The notes below the pieces were generated by a model. That model ran no database searches, had not been told where the DNA came from, and was given only the letters and a program-made list of their open reading frames with translations. From IMG/VR virus record IMGVR_UViG_3300017785_004829, positions 1 through 42,136 of that record: 42,136 nt of DNA. One strand, given 5' to 3'. Source of the DNA: a virus. Its lineage: Duplodnaviria; Caudoviricetes. A program made the position numbers and the translations under genes. Position 1 is the stretch's first letter, and the number at the start of each line of letters is the position of its first letter. Below are positions 8,192-17,951 of this stretch, piece by piece.

Positions 8192-8890
8192 TTATTGCTC
8201 CGGCTGTGGTGGCACATAGCCACGTAAAATTCCCATGGCTGCCAACAGTGCATTGAGGTGCGGGTTACCAGTGGGGGGTACAGGCATTGTTCTTATACCA
8301 GGCACTGCGCCCAGGGCCTGTTGTGCTGCACCCGCAAATTTCTGACGTTCTATTTCGCCTTGCGTGGTGAGCTTGGTGGTACTTTGTTGTGCTGCAGCTT
8401 CGGGCACACCTTTCAGCGCCATCCACTGCACGGCTTGAATCTTCAACAGCAGTTGATACCAGGCCTGATCAGTGCCGGAACTGCCAGGGTCGTCGGCAAT
8501 GACATTCATTAGTCTGGTGATCTCTTCGGCATAGTTGGTTCCGGCTTTTTGATCAAACTGTGCAATAGTGGCCAACTGTGGGTTGCCTGCCAATAATCTT
8601 GTTTCAACAATGTCTGTGACTGCGGCACGTAGAGCACCTTTGCTGCGTTGATTGATCATGTCAGCATTGGTCACGCCCAGTTGTTGCTTTTGATATTCCA
8701 CGGTATGGTGCCAGAGTTTGCGCACCGCATCCAGCTGTGTTCTAAACTGTTCAGGGTTGATGGCGTATGTTTCACTTTCTTTGCTGCCAGGTGGGACTTC
8801 TTGCGCTGTGGTGCGGGTTGGCCCCACAACTCCGGACCGTATGGATTCTTTAACACGCCGATGTTGCCAGGTCAATTCATGTATTTCCAT
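8192..8890 (-). CDS. Hypothetical helical late protein, possible internal head protein
   Basis: Start refined to ATG 8890 (MEIHELT, with AGGA upstream), overlapping the end of the upstream gene. Confidence 0.65.
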   Translation of the reverse strand: MEIHELTWQHRRVKESIRSGVVGPTRTTAQEVPPGSKESETYAINPEQFRTQLDAVRKLWHHTVEYQKQQLGVTNADMINQRSKGALRAAVTDIVETRLLAGNPQLATIAQFDQKAGTNYAEEITRLMNVIADDPGSSGTDQAWYQLLLKIQAVQWMALKGVPEAAAQQSTTKLTTQGEIERQKFAGAAQQALGAVPGIRTMPVPPTGNPHLNALLAAMGILRGYVPPQPEQ

Positions 8891-9125
8891 CTTGTTTCCT
8901 AACTGAACGAGTAAATTTAGAGGGGTCGCGTAGTTTAATTGCATTGATTAATTTGCGATGCAGTACTTCGGCTTGTTCGGCTGTGTAGTCCTGATCAATT
9001 TGTTCCAGCAATCTTATAGCACTGCCAATGACATTGGTGGCTCGACTTTCAATTATGTGACGGCGATCTCTTTCAACATAAAGAGCGTCTAATTCTTCCA
9101 GGATGCTGCGGGTTTTCTTTTGCAT
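8877..9125 (-). CDS. Small hypothetical phage protein
   Basis: 82-aa helical ORF, first gene of the minus-strand late block, with TAAATA at 9144-9149. Confidence 0.7.
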   Translation of the reverse strand: MQKKTRSILEELDALYVERDRRHIIESRATNVIGSAIRLLEQIDQDYTAEQAEVLHRKLINAIKLRDPSKFTRSVRKQDGNT

Positions 9126-9143
9126 GATTTTTAATTGTTGTAT

Positions 9144-9179
9144 TATTTATTGGTAGGGGGTGGAACTAACCTATAAATA
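9144..9179. promoter_or_regulatory. Back-to-back late promoters
   Basis: TAAATA on the minus strand (9144-9149) and TATAAATA on the plus strand (9172-9179), inside the divergent intergenic gap. Confidence 0.7.
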
Positions 9180-9203
9180 TCCTGTCCGTTAACTATATTG
9201 ATA

Positions 9204-9806
9204 ATGATTAATTTTAACACAGTAACTGAGTTTGAGCAAACAATTGCAGAATTTTTTGGAGCAACTGAGGCTGTTGCCGTGGACTGCTGCACTCACGGCA
9301 TTGAATTATGCCTGAGACTAACACAGCCTCAGCAGGTAACTTGCCCCGAACACACTTATATTTCAATTCCATTTACATTTGAAAAATTAAATTTAACCTG
9401 GCAGTGGGAACGGAATCTCTGGTCCGGGCAATATCTAATTGGCGGTACCAACATTGTTGATGCTGCCAGTGTCTGGGAGCGCGGTCAATATCAACCCGGC
9501 ACAATGACAGTGCTGAGTTTTCAATTCCAAAAAGCCATGAAGCTGGGCCGCGGCGGAATGATTCTCCTAGACGATGCTGCGGCAGCTCAACAACTACGAG
9601 CCATGAGCTACGATGGCCGGCAGCGCGACACAGGCTGGCGAGAACAGCAGATCAGTCAGATTGGTTACCACTATTACATGACACCTGAAACTGCTGCCCT
9701 GGGACTTGAAAAGTTTAAAACATTGCAGCATGTGCGTTGGGCGCATCAGAGCTGGAGCGACTATCCTTGTTTGCCCAACATGCCGGTGTTTAAAAATGCA
9801 CGGTGA
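9204..9806 (+). CDS. Compact DegT/DnrJ/EryC1/StrS-family PLP-dependent sugar aminotransferase-like protein
   Basis: FEQTIAEFFG..AVAVDCCTHGIELCL, VDAA, and LSFQFQKAMKLGRGGMIL (PLP lysine). About 200 aa; start refined to ATG 9204. Confidence 0.8.
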   Translation: MINFNTVTEFEQTIAEFFGATEAVAVDCCTHGIELCLRLTQPQQVTCPEHTYISIPFTFEKLNLTWQWERNLWSGQYLIGGTNIVDAASVWERGQYQPGTMTVLSFQFQKAMKLGRGGMILLDDAAAAQQLRAMSYDGRQRDTGWREQQISQIGYHYYMTPETAALGLEKFKTLQHVRWAHQSWSDYPCLPNMPVFKNAR

Positions 9807-10665
9807 TCTTCCACTGCTGTTTGTGAGATACACTGCAGGCTCTGCTGGTAGATTTCTAGTGATGTTGCTGCACACCAGTGATCGCCTGAGTTGCTGGAAT
9901 CAACAGGTTGACTCCGCTAGATTAACTCCCAACTTTGATCAATCCTATATGGCCTGGATACGTGACAGTTATCGCAGCGATCTATCCCGGCATCTTTATC
10001 ATGAGCCCAAGCCCGACTGCCCATTGCACGAATTCTTTTCTGCGTCGCATCAACGCGGCAATAACATTGATGCTACAGGATTTGTCACGCATCTTCAAGA
10101 ACTAGGGTTTGACTATGCCCTAGAAGCTACAGAAAATCAACGGCCCACCACTGTGTTGGTACACAAAAGTCAGCTGCCTACATTTGGGGTAGGTAACCCA
10201 GTAATCAACATTGTAGTTGATCCTGCCAGTCGTCGCTGGTTGCATCGAGTGAAATTTGTCAAAGGGTTTAAATTCAAACAAGAGAGTTGGATTACTCAGC
10301 ACGAAGACCCTGACGTTAAACTGGCAAGATTTGGAAAAGTAACTTTTGCCAACGACTATCGCTTGCCAGGCTCGCAATTTTCTGTGGTTAGAAATTATGT
10401 GATCAATGATCCAAATCTATTGATGTTTACTGACGCCAACACTATCACAGCAGATCCCAGTAACCAATTCTATCAGCAGCAATTCATTGAACTCAGTGAC
10501 CTACTAGATTACAACAGACTTGTTCCACAACTTGAAAGATTATTTGCTGAATTAAATCTAGGCGAATTAAAGACACAGTTGATCAAAGCTATATGGGATC
10601 ATTATTATCAAACCAACATTGCCCCATTTAATCGGGCACAAATCCCAGATCCTGCCAGGACCTGA
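9796..10665 (+). CDS. Hypothetical protein, possibly P-loop sulfotransferase-like
   Basis: Start refined to ATG 9796, overlapping the upstream stop. N-terminal FVRYTAGSAGRFLVMLL resembles a sulfotransferase 5'-PSB loop, but the match is weak. Confidence 0.5.
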   Translation: MHGDLPLLFVRYTAGSAGRFLVMLLHTSDRLSCWNQQVDSARLTPNFDQSYMAWIRDSYRSDLSRHLYHEPKPDCPLHEFFSASHQRGNNIDATGFVTHLQELGFDYALEATENQRPTTVLVHKSQLPTFGVGNPVINIVVDPASRRWLHRVKFVKGFKFKQESWITQHEDPDVKLARFGKVTFANDYRLPGSQFSVVRNYVINDPNLLMFTDANTITADPSNQFYQQQFIELSDLLDYNRLVPQLERLFAELNLGELKTQLIKAIWDHYYQTNIAPFNRAQIPDPART

Positions 10666-11662
10666 TGGCGCGAGCTTTTTCTTGCTGCATAGCTGCACGT
10701 ACTGGATCACTGATGTGCGGTGGCCATGCAGCCATCACTGACTCATTGAACTTTGCTGCGGTACCATCATGTAACCGTTGCAAATTTAATCTGAGACGAC
10801 TGTCTGCCCGTTGTCTACAGTATCGGGCATAATCTAAATCTTGTAGTATTCTACGATTCAATTCAACTGCCCAGTAACAACGATCAATCAATCTAGGATA
10901 GAATTGATAACTGTGATCAATTATGTCGTTGAATACATCAAAGCCTATGCGCTCTAGAGCTGCAGCATTTCCATACCCGCCTACCCACAAAGGAAAGTTC
11001 AATCCCATGATTGCATGCAGGGTTTTTTCGCTGAACATTGAACTCTGTTCCCATTGAATGGTTTCGGTGATCACATGCACAGCAGATCGTTGACAAATTT
11101 CGTTGAGTCCTGTTTTCCAAACATTCACCATACTGACCGGTGATTCAATCCAGCGCCGTGGCAGCACAATAGGTCCGGTCAGTACACCGCGCAACTCTTG
11201 GGAATAAGTTCCTGCCTGTTGCATTTCTTCAAGTATTCGCGATATATCAAAGTCTCGCCAGTCTGCTGCAAACGTTCCGTCATAGCTGGTTAATTTAAAG
11301 TATTCAATGAGTTTTAAAAAAATATGACGGTGCACTGTTTTCTTTTTGACGGCAAAACTAAAACAATAGTCAGTGTGCAATTGTTCTGGCACTGCATCAT
11401 CGCAGAAGTTAATGGGCAAGATTTCCATGCAACGAAATGGCACTGAATAAATGGGCACAGGGCTCAGTGCTGCTTCGGTATCAACACACAGCTCAGAGAT
11501 AACGCAGTGCGGAGTCCCTACTTTTTCAAAAAATTTATGTAGACCCATGGACCACTGGGCCTCAGCAATGATGTTGTCTTTGATGTAGAGTATATCATCG
11601 TGATCCAGCGGAATCGAACACCCTTGATTGATCTCATTGGCCCAGATGGTTTTTAATTGCAT
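10628..11662 (-). CDS. Glycosyltransferase-like protein, (T/S)EK family, paralog 1
   Basis: C-terminal VITET..FSEKT..FPLWVGG..GFDVFNDIIDHSY resembles the GT10-like donor-binding motif. Confidence 0.6.
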   Translation of the reverse strand: MQLKTIWANEINQGCSIPLDHDDILYIKDNIIAEAQWSMGLHKFFEKVGTPHCVISELCVDTEAALSPVPIYSVPFRCMEILPINFCDDAVPEQLHTDYCFSFAVKKKTVHRHIFLKLIEYFKLTSYDGTFAADWRDFDISRILEEMQQAGTYSQELRGVLTGPIVLPRRWIESPVSMVNVWKTGLNEICQRSAVHVITETIQWEQSSMFSEKTLHAIMGLNFPLWVGGYGNAAALERIGFDVFNDIIDHSYQFYPRLIDRCYWAVELNRRILQDLDYARYCRQRADSRLRLNLQRLHDGTAAKFNESVMAAWPPHISDPVRAAMQQEKARAIRSWQDLGFVPD

Positions 11663-11663
11663 A

Positions 11664-13067
11664 TTATCCAGTTTTAATTTTGTTCAATAATTGTTTGAGT
11701 TTGGCGCTTTGTATGTCAGCATCTACACGTGGAACATCTTGTTGCACCGCGCTGGATTCTTCATTGCCCACGGTGCTACGAGCTTTGATTGAATCCATGA
11801 TTGATGAGCTGGGTTTCCTAAACATGGATGCATTTTCGTCTATGCCCGGATCAGTGATACGCATGGTTTCAATGTTGTAGTCTAAATCAATCTTTTGTCC
11901 GACACCTGTACTACTGCGTGACTTCATGCATTGTATTTGATACTTGCCGCGTTCTTTCATTGATCTGCTGGTGAATATACCAAACACATTGTCTGCTGTG
12001 TTGATCTTGGAAATACCACCTGAAATATGCGAATGGTCAAAGTCAATTTCTTCCACTGCCGAACGATTCAACTGCGATGCTGTGACAAACAACACATTTA
12101 ATTCTTTGGCCAAGTTGCGCAGTTCTTCACTCACATACTTGTCTTTGACAAACAAGTCATTGGGACTGACCTTGGCACTCACCGGCATCAACAAGTCCAA
12201 ATAGTCAACCATGACAAAGTCAACACGAATACCTGTTTGTATCTGTACTTCTTTGATGTAGCTGCGAATGTCATTGACATTGCTTTGAGCTGGCAGACTT
12301 TTGATTCTATATTCGCCGGCTTTTTTGCTCACCAGTTTGACTTTGAGAGTTGCAGTATCAATGTCTTTGCGTATGTCTTTGGTGCTCATACCTGTCAACA
12401 TTGCATCAGTTCGCAAGCCACAGAGTTCTTCAGCCAGTTCCAAAGTAACATACACGCCACTGAGTCCTTGTTGCAACCAACTCAATGCAATGTTCATCAT
12501 CACCAAGCTCTTGCCCGAGCCTGACCCTCCGGCAAAAATGTTTAGTTCCCCTCTGCTGAATCCACCATACAATAATCTATCTAGTTGCGGCCATCCTGTT
12601 GATACTTGGCCGCCAGAATTAAAATACTTGTTGATACGTTCGGCAGGATCGCCCCAATAGTCTGTGCCCATGTCTTTGGTTAGGCTAATCTGCACAGCAT
12701 CCTTGATCAACTTCTCCACAGGATCATAGTTGCCTTTTTCCAGCAAGTCTGCTGATTTAAGAATAGCTCGCTCAAGTTCTGATCTCCGAGTAAAGCCTTC
12801 GAACTCAGCCAAGAACCAATCAAAATGTCCCTCGGTGAGATCTGGTACAGGTTCTAGTCGAATGCCTGTGGCAGCAGAAATCTGCGCACGGTCTGGCAGA
12901 GTCTTGTATTCGTTGGAGTGTGTTTTTATAAATTCTGCAGCAGGACGCAGGCTACGATCAAAATTTTCTGGGTTATAGATATTCTGAACGCGAACATAAC
13001 TCTGCGCATCTTCCAGCATCATTTCTAAAAACAATTTTTGAACTTCAACGTTGTAGTCTTTTAACAA
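11664..13067 (-). CDS. gp41: Replicative SF4 DNA helicase (T4 gp41/DnaB-like)
   Basis: STGWPQLD, Walker A GGSGSGKS, TLEL, VMVDYLDL, TASQLNR and KSR motifs. It lies directly downstream of the primase. Confidence 0.93.
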   Translation of the reverse strand: MLKDYNVEVQKLFLEMMLEDAQSYVRVQNIYNPENFDRSLRPAAEFIKTHSNEYKTLPDRAQISAATGIRLEPVPDLTEGHFDWFLAEFEGFTRRSELERAILKSADLLEKGNYDPVEKLIKDAVQISLTKDMGTDYWGDPAERINKYFNSGGQVSTGWPQLDRLLYGGFSRGELNIFAGGSGSGKSLVMMNIALSWLQQGLSGVYVTLELAEELCGLRTDAMLTGMSTKDIRKDIDTATLKVKLVSKKAGEYRIKSLPAQSNVNDIRSYIKEVQIQTGIRVDFVMVDYLDLLMPVSAKVSPNDLFVKDKYVSEELRNLAKELNVLFVTASQLNRSAVEEIDFDHSHISGGISKINTADNVFGIFTSRSMKERGKYQIQCMKSRSSTGVGQKIDLDYNIETMRITDPGIDENASMFRKPSSSIMDSIKARSTVGNEESSAVQQDVPRVDADIQSAKLKQLLNKIKTG

Positions 13068-14037
13068 GTTGTTTTTTCCTTAGTTCTATTTTTATTCGGC
13101 TGGTTTCTTTGTTTTGCATTATAGTTAGCAACGTGCCAACTCGTCCAAGCTTCTTCACTGCATCATTGACGTCCTTGACATCTACGGGCCAATTGGGTAT
13201 ACTCACTGACCAGCCCAACTCTATGGCACGGTCGATCAACGCAATACCTGCGGCGTCTTGATCGGGTACTACAACAACCTCTTTGCCAAGACTTCTAATC
13301 AGCCTGACCTGAGCATCATTGATTTCATTGTGCATCACAGCCAGTCCAGCGATACTCAATGCATCAAATATACCTTCACACACTATAGCATACTGCCAGT
13401 TGTTTTTTTGCAAGTCTGTGCCAAACACATAGCCTGGTTGCATGCTGTTGATATACTTGGGCGCACGATCATCAAGAAATCTTGTTGTATGGCCCACGAT
13501 GCCGTTGTTGTGTGTGAATGGAATTACTATACCAGATCTGCTGGAGTGCTGTTTGTTGGATTTGCCAGTGCCAACTGTCATGTAAGGGTAATCCAGTGGC
13601 ACACAGCGTTGTGCCAGATACTGATATTCTTTGGAGTCTGCGCCAGCTAAAAATTCACAGTGTGTTGGCAAGTCAACTTCATCAAACTTGATATCAGCCA
13701 GTTGGCCTGAAGTGCGTCGACGATCATCTAAAATACCTTCAACACTGCGATGTCTAAGACTCTCAAGATTTATACGTTCAATTTCTTCTTCGGGAACATT
13801 CAACCATGTCAGCAACTTTCGTGCTTTGAAAGATACGTTTCTGCCAAGTGTAAAGCTGGCGGTATATCCACAATTGAAACAGTGATAGCTCCAGCCCAGG
13901 TCTGATGGCTTGATGCCACCACGTTGTCGCCGATCTGCTGTGTTACCGTTGTGATGACAACACACTGCATTGAAGCTTATCCAACCCGAACTGGTGTTTT
14001 TCTTTCGAGCTGGTAGATAGGTGAGCACGTCAATCAT
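13045..14037 (-). CDS. gp61: DNA primase (T4 gp61-like)
   Basis: Zn ribbon (CCHH..YHCFNC) and Toprim motifs (CEGIFDA, PDQD, KDVND). Confidence 0.9.
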   Translation of the reverse strand: MIDVLTYLPARKKNTSSGWISFNAVCCHHNGNTADRRQRGGIKPSDLGWSYHCFNCGYTASFTLGRNVSFKARKLLTWLNVPEEEIERINLESLRHRSVEGILDDRRRTSGQLADIKFDEVDLPTHCEFLAGADSKEYQYLAQRCVPLDYPYMTVGTGKSNKQHSSRSGIVIPFTHNNGIVGHTTRFLDDRAPKYINSMQPGYVFGTDLQKNNWQYAIVCEGIFDALSIAGLAVMHNEINDAQVRLIRSLGKEVVVVPDQDAAGIALIDRAIELGWSVSIPNWPVDVKDVNDAVKKLGRVGTLLTIMQNKETSRIKIELRKKQLVKRLQR

Positions 14038-14043
14038 ATTACA

Positions 14044-14052
14044 ACTATAACA
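14044..14052 (-). promoter_or_regulatory. Extended -10 promoter, probably leaderless primase mRNA
   Basis: TGTTATAGT ends 6 nt before the primase ATG and no SD is visible. Confidence 0.55.
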
Positions 14053-14065
14053 TGCCTGTGACTAA

Positions 14066-15148
14066 TTAGCGATGAGTAATTAGAGTAATTTCACCTTCAA
14101 GTATCTGTACTTGAGCACCAACATTTTGCGGCGGCAACGGAGTGTATCCAGATCCACCTGCAGTGACGATGATTTGTTGCACCGAAGTTCCATTCAACAC
14201 TGCATAGGCACTGGCCCCGGTTCCAGCTCCAATTATCAATACCTGTGGTGCAGCTAGATACCCAAGTCCACCACTGGTGACATTGATGGAAGTCACTGCA
14301 CCGTTTTGCACCACAGCCGAAGCAGTGGCTCGTTGGCTGCTGGGAATACCGCCCCATTGATTGATCTTCAATCTCATCACTGGAAAAAATCCTGAAACAT
14401 TGATGTATTGAGTGTCGCTCTCGTCATAGAAGCTGCGATTGTCACTGACGTCGGCAAATTTTTCCAGGTAGTTTTCTGCACCCTGCACAACCACATTGCC
14501 AGTGAACTGTGTCATTTGAAGTCTAAAGGTATGAAAGTTCTGATTAGGTGCATTGAGTTGACTGGTGTAGGTCAATGGCAATACCACTGGGGTATAGTTG
14601 CTGTCTGTGTTGATGCTGATTGCACTGGCAGCAGTGATTGGTGGTACTTGAGGATACAGCGGTGGCCCGTAGATCAATGGTATCGTAATGGGCTGACTGT
14701 CAATGAATTCTGGATACACTGAATCTTCAATATACACAACTCCACGAGCTGCAGCATCAGCATCAACAAACACTGCTTGAACATAGTCACCTTGTGAGCG
14801 TTGGATGCTCCATCCTGCTGTTTGAGCTTCCCAATCATCAGTGTCTCCGGGGGTCAATTGTACTTTGACACGACCCAGGGTGGCAGCTAGAATTGTCATT
14901 TCTTTTTCGGTAAGTATCACATCGCCTTGTTGATTGATGACTCTGAAGACAAATGTTGAACCTGTGATGTTCACTGGTTTTTGGTCTTGATTGATAAATT
15001 CAAACAATAGGACATTGTCGACGCCTTTGTTGATTGTTAGGGGTTTTGCATACACAGGGTCATACCTCGCTTTGAAATAGGCACCACTGGTGTCCACAAG
15101 TAAAACATTTTGGATTTGTTGATATAAGTACGCAGTGGTGGAATACAT
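14066..15148 (-). CDS. Probable virion (baseplate/tail) protein with GxGY repeats
   Basis: Ig/BppU-like N-terminus (FEFINQDQKPVNITG) and two C-terminal repeats (INVTSGGLGY, IIVTAGGSGY). TAAATA at 15164-15169 and an AGGAG SD. Confidence 0.65.
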   Translation of the reverse strand: MYSTTAYLYQQIQNVLLVDTSGAYFKARYDPVYAKPLTINKGVDNVLLFEFINQDQKPVNITGSTFVFRVINQQGDVILTEKEMTILAATLGRVKVQLTPGDTDDWEAQTAGWSIQRSQGDYVQAVFVDADAAARGVVYIEDSVYPEFIDSQPITIPLIYGPPLYPQVPPITAASAISINTDSNYTPVVLPLTYTSQLNAPNQNFHTFRLQMTQFTGNVVVQGAENYLEKFADVSDNRSFYDESDTQYINVSGFFPVMRLKINQWGGIPSSQRATASAVVQNGAVTSINVTSGGLGYLAAPQVLIIGAGTGASAYAVLNGTSVQQIIVTAGGSGYTPLPPQNVGAQVQILEGEITLITHR

Positions 15149-15168
15149 AAGGATCTCCTACAATATTT

Positions 15169-15546
15169 ATGGGCATTGAATTTTTCTCTTTGTTAGCTGA
15201 AAAGTATCCGTTTATCACCTTGATTTCCTATGCTGGCAACGAATACGTGGGCATAGTACAAAATCAAGATGATACTGTGACAACAATATACGACTACGGT
15301 GCGCTACAAGACCGAGAAATGAAGATACGTTTCTTAGATCTAGCCAATGTTTGGTGGTGGGAATCTAATAGATCCATCCCAATCAACATATTTCTCAAGA
15401 GCGATTGGAATCCATATCGTGATACGTTGCGCACATTTATCAACCGCGATCTAGCTATTTTGCATGGCCCAGTGTGCAGTCTCACTGACCTGGCTCGTAA
15501 AAAAAGCAAACGTAAGTCAATTACCTTGGTGCGCCGTATAGAGTAA
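15169..15546 (+). CDS. Hypothetical phage protein (WWWESNR motif, basic C-terminus)
   Basis: 125-aa ORF with protein-like composition filling the gap between opposite-strand genes. Confidence 0.75.
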   Translation: MGIEFFSLLAEKYPFITLISYAGNEYVGIVQNQDDTVTTIYDYGALQDREMKIRFLDLANVWWWESNRSIPINIFLKSDWNPYRDTLRTFINRDLAILHGPVCSLTDLARKKSKRKSITLVRRIE

Positions 15547-16095
15547 GTTCATATGCAATGTCACAAGATGTGCATAGGCCACTGCATGTGAACGTTTAAA
15601 AATGTAGCCATCGGCAGCGGTATCCCACACTGTGGCAGCAACATCCTGCCAGGTTCTTCCAATAAGATGACGTTTTCCCGGACGGATTATAGCCAGGAAC
15701 ATGGCCATTCGTGTAATACTGTCAACCTGCTCAGGCATGCGCTGTAACAAATCATAATGATTTCCAATATGTACCACACGCTCTACAAACGCAGGATCTT
15801 GTAGCTGTTGCCACGGTGGTGTGGCTGTCAGCAGCTGATCGTAATGTGCCGGATCACGAATGCCTTGATACACTGACATATTCAAGAAATCTAGTTTAAA
15901 ATACCCACGCTGCTCGGCTTCGCGATAATCAATTGCAGCACATTGGTTTACTGGATCCCAGGGAATATCAGTTACATACACGCCCGAGTTGTGTCGGCGT
16001 ACCTGCCCATCAACTATTTGTCTAGCAGGAATGTGTTGGATTAATTCTAGAATCTGCGTTCGATCAGCAAAGTCTATGTCAATGTCTGCGCTCAT
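15517..16095 (-). CDS. dnaE: Miniature DnaE-like (family C) DNA polymerase catalytic subunit
   Basis: SADIDIDF, HNSGVYV, GYFKLDFLN, AIIRPG and GYIFKRSHAVAYA match the DnaE palm/finger motifs in order, in only 192 aa. Confidence 0.85.
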   Translation of the reverse strand: MSADIDIDFADRTQILELIQHIPARQIVDGQVRRHNSGVYVTDIPWDPVNQCAAIDYREAEQRGYFKLDFLNMSVYQGIRDPAHYDQLLTATPPWQQLQDPAFVERVVHIGNHYDLLQRMPEQVDSITRMAMFLAIIRPGKRHLIGRTWQDVAATVWDTAADGYIFKRSHAVAYAHLVTLHMNLLYTAHQGN

Positions 16096-17261
16096 GGCGT
16101 AAATGTAAAGTAATTGGCAAATATTTCATCTAAACGATGCATGGTGGCTAAATCTACTGTAGACTCAAATACATTGAGTTTGTTGTTCTGCCGTATGCGG
16201 TCAGCAATACGAGTGCGAAATACTCCGGGATTGTCAGCTAACCATTGCACTGCATCTGCTATTATACTGTATCTTTTTAGATGGTCAAGCTCTTGATCGT
16301 ATTGCTGTAGCTCAGGCGGCAGTAAATTCCACGCAGTCTGGTAACCTAGTTGTTGGTACAGACGGTTGATGTTGGCGCCACCCACGGGCATGGGAATGGT
16401 CTCAGCCACACAACACTTAAAAAACTTTTCATTGGGCTGTATTTGATTGTTTATCCAATTGCTTTCGGGAAACACAGTACAATAGTATTGGTAATACTCT
16501 GGTAACACAAACCAACCCGGGGCTATTGTACCAAACTTTTGATCTATGCCAATTGGCACAGCATCGGTGGTGTAGTAAGTAATAGCTTCTTCTGGCGTAG
16601 TTATATCACTGTTCAACTGCAGTCGAGCCTGGGTGTCTTCGCTGGTCTCAAAAAAACATTGTTCGTCCGGCCATACCCGTTGGCTTATGGAATCCTTAAT
16701 CGGTAATCTGGGTACTGCTTTTACGATTTCCTGTAGGGCCCAATGTCTCCAGGCCCGGCGTTGTCCATTGATGTACCAGATTGGACCGCGTTGATAAACT
16801 TTGTGTTGCGCACGATCAAAGTATGCTGGATAAAATCCACGAGTGTATCTATCTATAAACAACGCATGACACAGACTCCAAGGGATAATTTTATTGTAGT
16901 CACCGTGATTTTTGTCAAGATAAGCACCACACAGCAGGTACTGATCAGGATCTGATTGTATGCCATGCTGTATTTGTCGGGTAGCAACTTCTAGCCCTTC
17001 GCTGCAGTTTTCGTAAAATATCAGATCATGATTTGTGGTATCAACTGGGTCAGCAGGCATGTAGGCATACAATAAATTGCATGCACCTTTGATGGGATCA
17101 CCAAATGTAACAGTTACATCACTTTGATAATTTTTATGTGCGTTACAACTCTGACGATAAGCATAGTATTTGTCAAATACCTGCAAGCCTACACTTTCGC
17201 TGTGTACAGTGATGTTGAGATGATTCAGAGTCCAACCTGCTGAAGAATATGGCGCGACCAT
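16092..17261 (-). CDS. Glycosyltransferase-like protein, (T/S)EK family, paralog 2 (start uncertain)
   Basis: YINGQRRAWR, TVFPES..PNEKFFK..IPMPVGG..LGYQT..YD pattern is shared with the other paralogs. Confidence 0.55.
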   Translation of the reverse strand: MVAPYSSAGWTLNHLNITVHSESVGLQVFDKYYAYRQSCNAHKNYQSDVTVTFGDPIKGACNLLYAYMPADPVDTTNHDLIFYENCSEGLEVATRQIQHGIQSDPDQYLLCGAYLDKNHGDYNKIIPWSLCHALFIDRYTRGFYPAYFDRAQHKVYQRGPIWYINGQRRAWRHWALQEIVKAVPRLPIKDSISQRVWPDEQCFFETSEDTQARLQLNSDITTPEEAITYYTTDAVPIGIDQKFGTIAPGWFVLPEYYQYYCTVFPESNWINNQIQPNEKFFKCCVAETIPMPVGGANINRLYQQLGYQTAWNLLPPELQQYDQELDHLKRYSIIADAVQWLADNPGVFRTRIADRIRQNNKLNVFESTVDLATMHRLDEIFANYFTFTP

Positions 17262-17926
17262 TCAACATCCGCAGTCATATCTGCAAAACGCTTTGACCAA
17301 GTGTCAGGGTCTATCCAAGGCATCACAATTGCGGTTTGTTCTGCGCTGAGAGAGTCTATGAATTCAATGCCTGAATTGCAGTTGTACACAATCCAAGGAC
17401 TGATCCGGCCTGTGGTGATATGATGACAAACACGATTGCTGGGAGCATAGCGAAAATAATCGCTGCATCCATTGCGAAGATCTGGATGCTCGTCTGCATA
17501 GTTTTGTATCTCTTTCATTCCTCGCTCCAGTGCATCGCTGACTCCTTCGCGTGGCAAAAATTGACATAGATATTCTTCATAGAGTTGATCGCTGCACCAA
17601 CGATCAATTTTTTTGTTGTATTTTAACAACCATGCAAGAAACTGTTCGGGATTGATGGCCCGTACACCTACACAATACCTGCCCCATTTCACAAAGGCAC
17701 GATAGTATTGACTTGCAGCAAAATCTTCAAAGGTTTTTAAACGTGCTGATCCTTGAGTCATTTCATAGAACTTCACATAGGCTTGAAGTCCCAGTTGCAC
17801 ACCACGTTCATGTTGCTCTTGAGTTCGACGTTTGGGTTCGCAAAGATGCACTTCCAAGCTGCGTTCTCGCTGGAAGTGTTTGTCACAGTAGCGACATGTA
17901 AATGTCAGAGTTTCTGTAATTTCCAT
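17225..17926 (-). CDS. Zinc-finger protein in the replication module
   Basis: FTCRYCDKHFQRERSLEVHLC, a C2H2/C2HC-like finger. Start tentatively refined to ATG 17926. Confidence 0.7.
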   Translation of the reverse strand: MEITETLTFTCRYCDKHFQRERSLEVHLCEPKRRTQEQHERGVQLGLQAYVKFYEMTQGSARLKTFEDFAASQYYRAFVKWGRYCVGVRAINPEQFLAWLLKYNKKIDRWCSDQLYEEYLCQFLPREGVSDALERGMKEIQNYADEHPDLRNGCSDYFRYAPSNRVCHHITTGRISPWIVYNCNSGIEFIDSLSAEQTAIVMPWIDPDTWSKRFADMTADVEWSRHILQQVGL

Positions 17927-17951
17927 GCCAAGGCTTGGTAATGTTGAATGT

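Noticed and set aside
15517-16095. dnaE pseudogene or split-intein fragment
   Set aside because: The motifs are intact and in order with clean internal deletions, the start is coupled to the upstream stop, and there are no intein terminal residues or adjacent frameshifted remnants.
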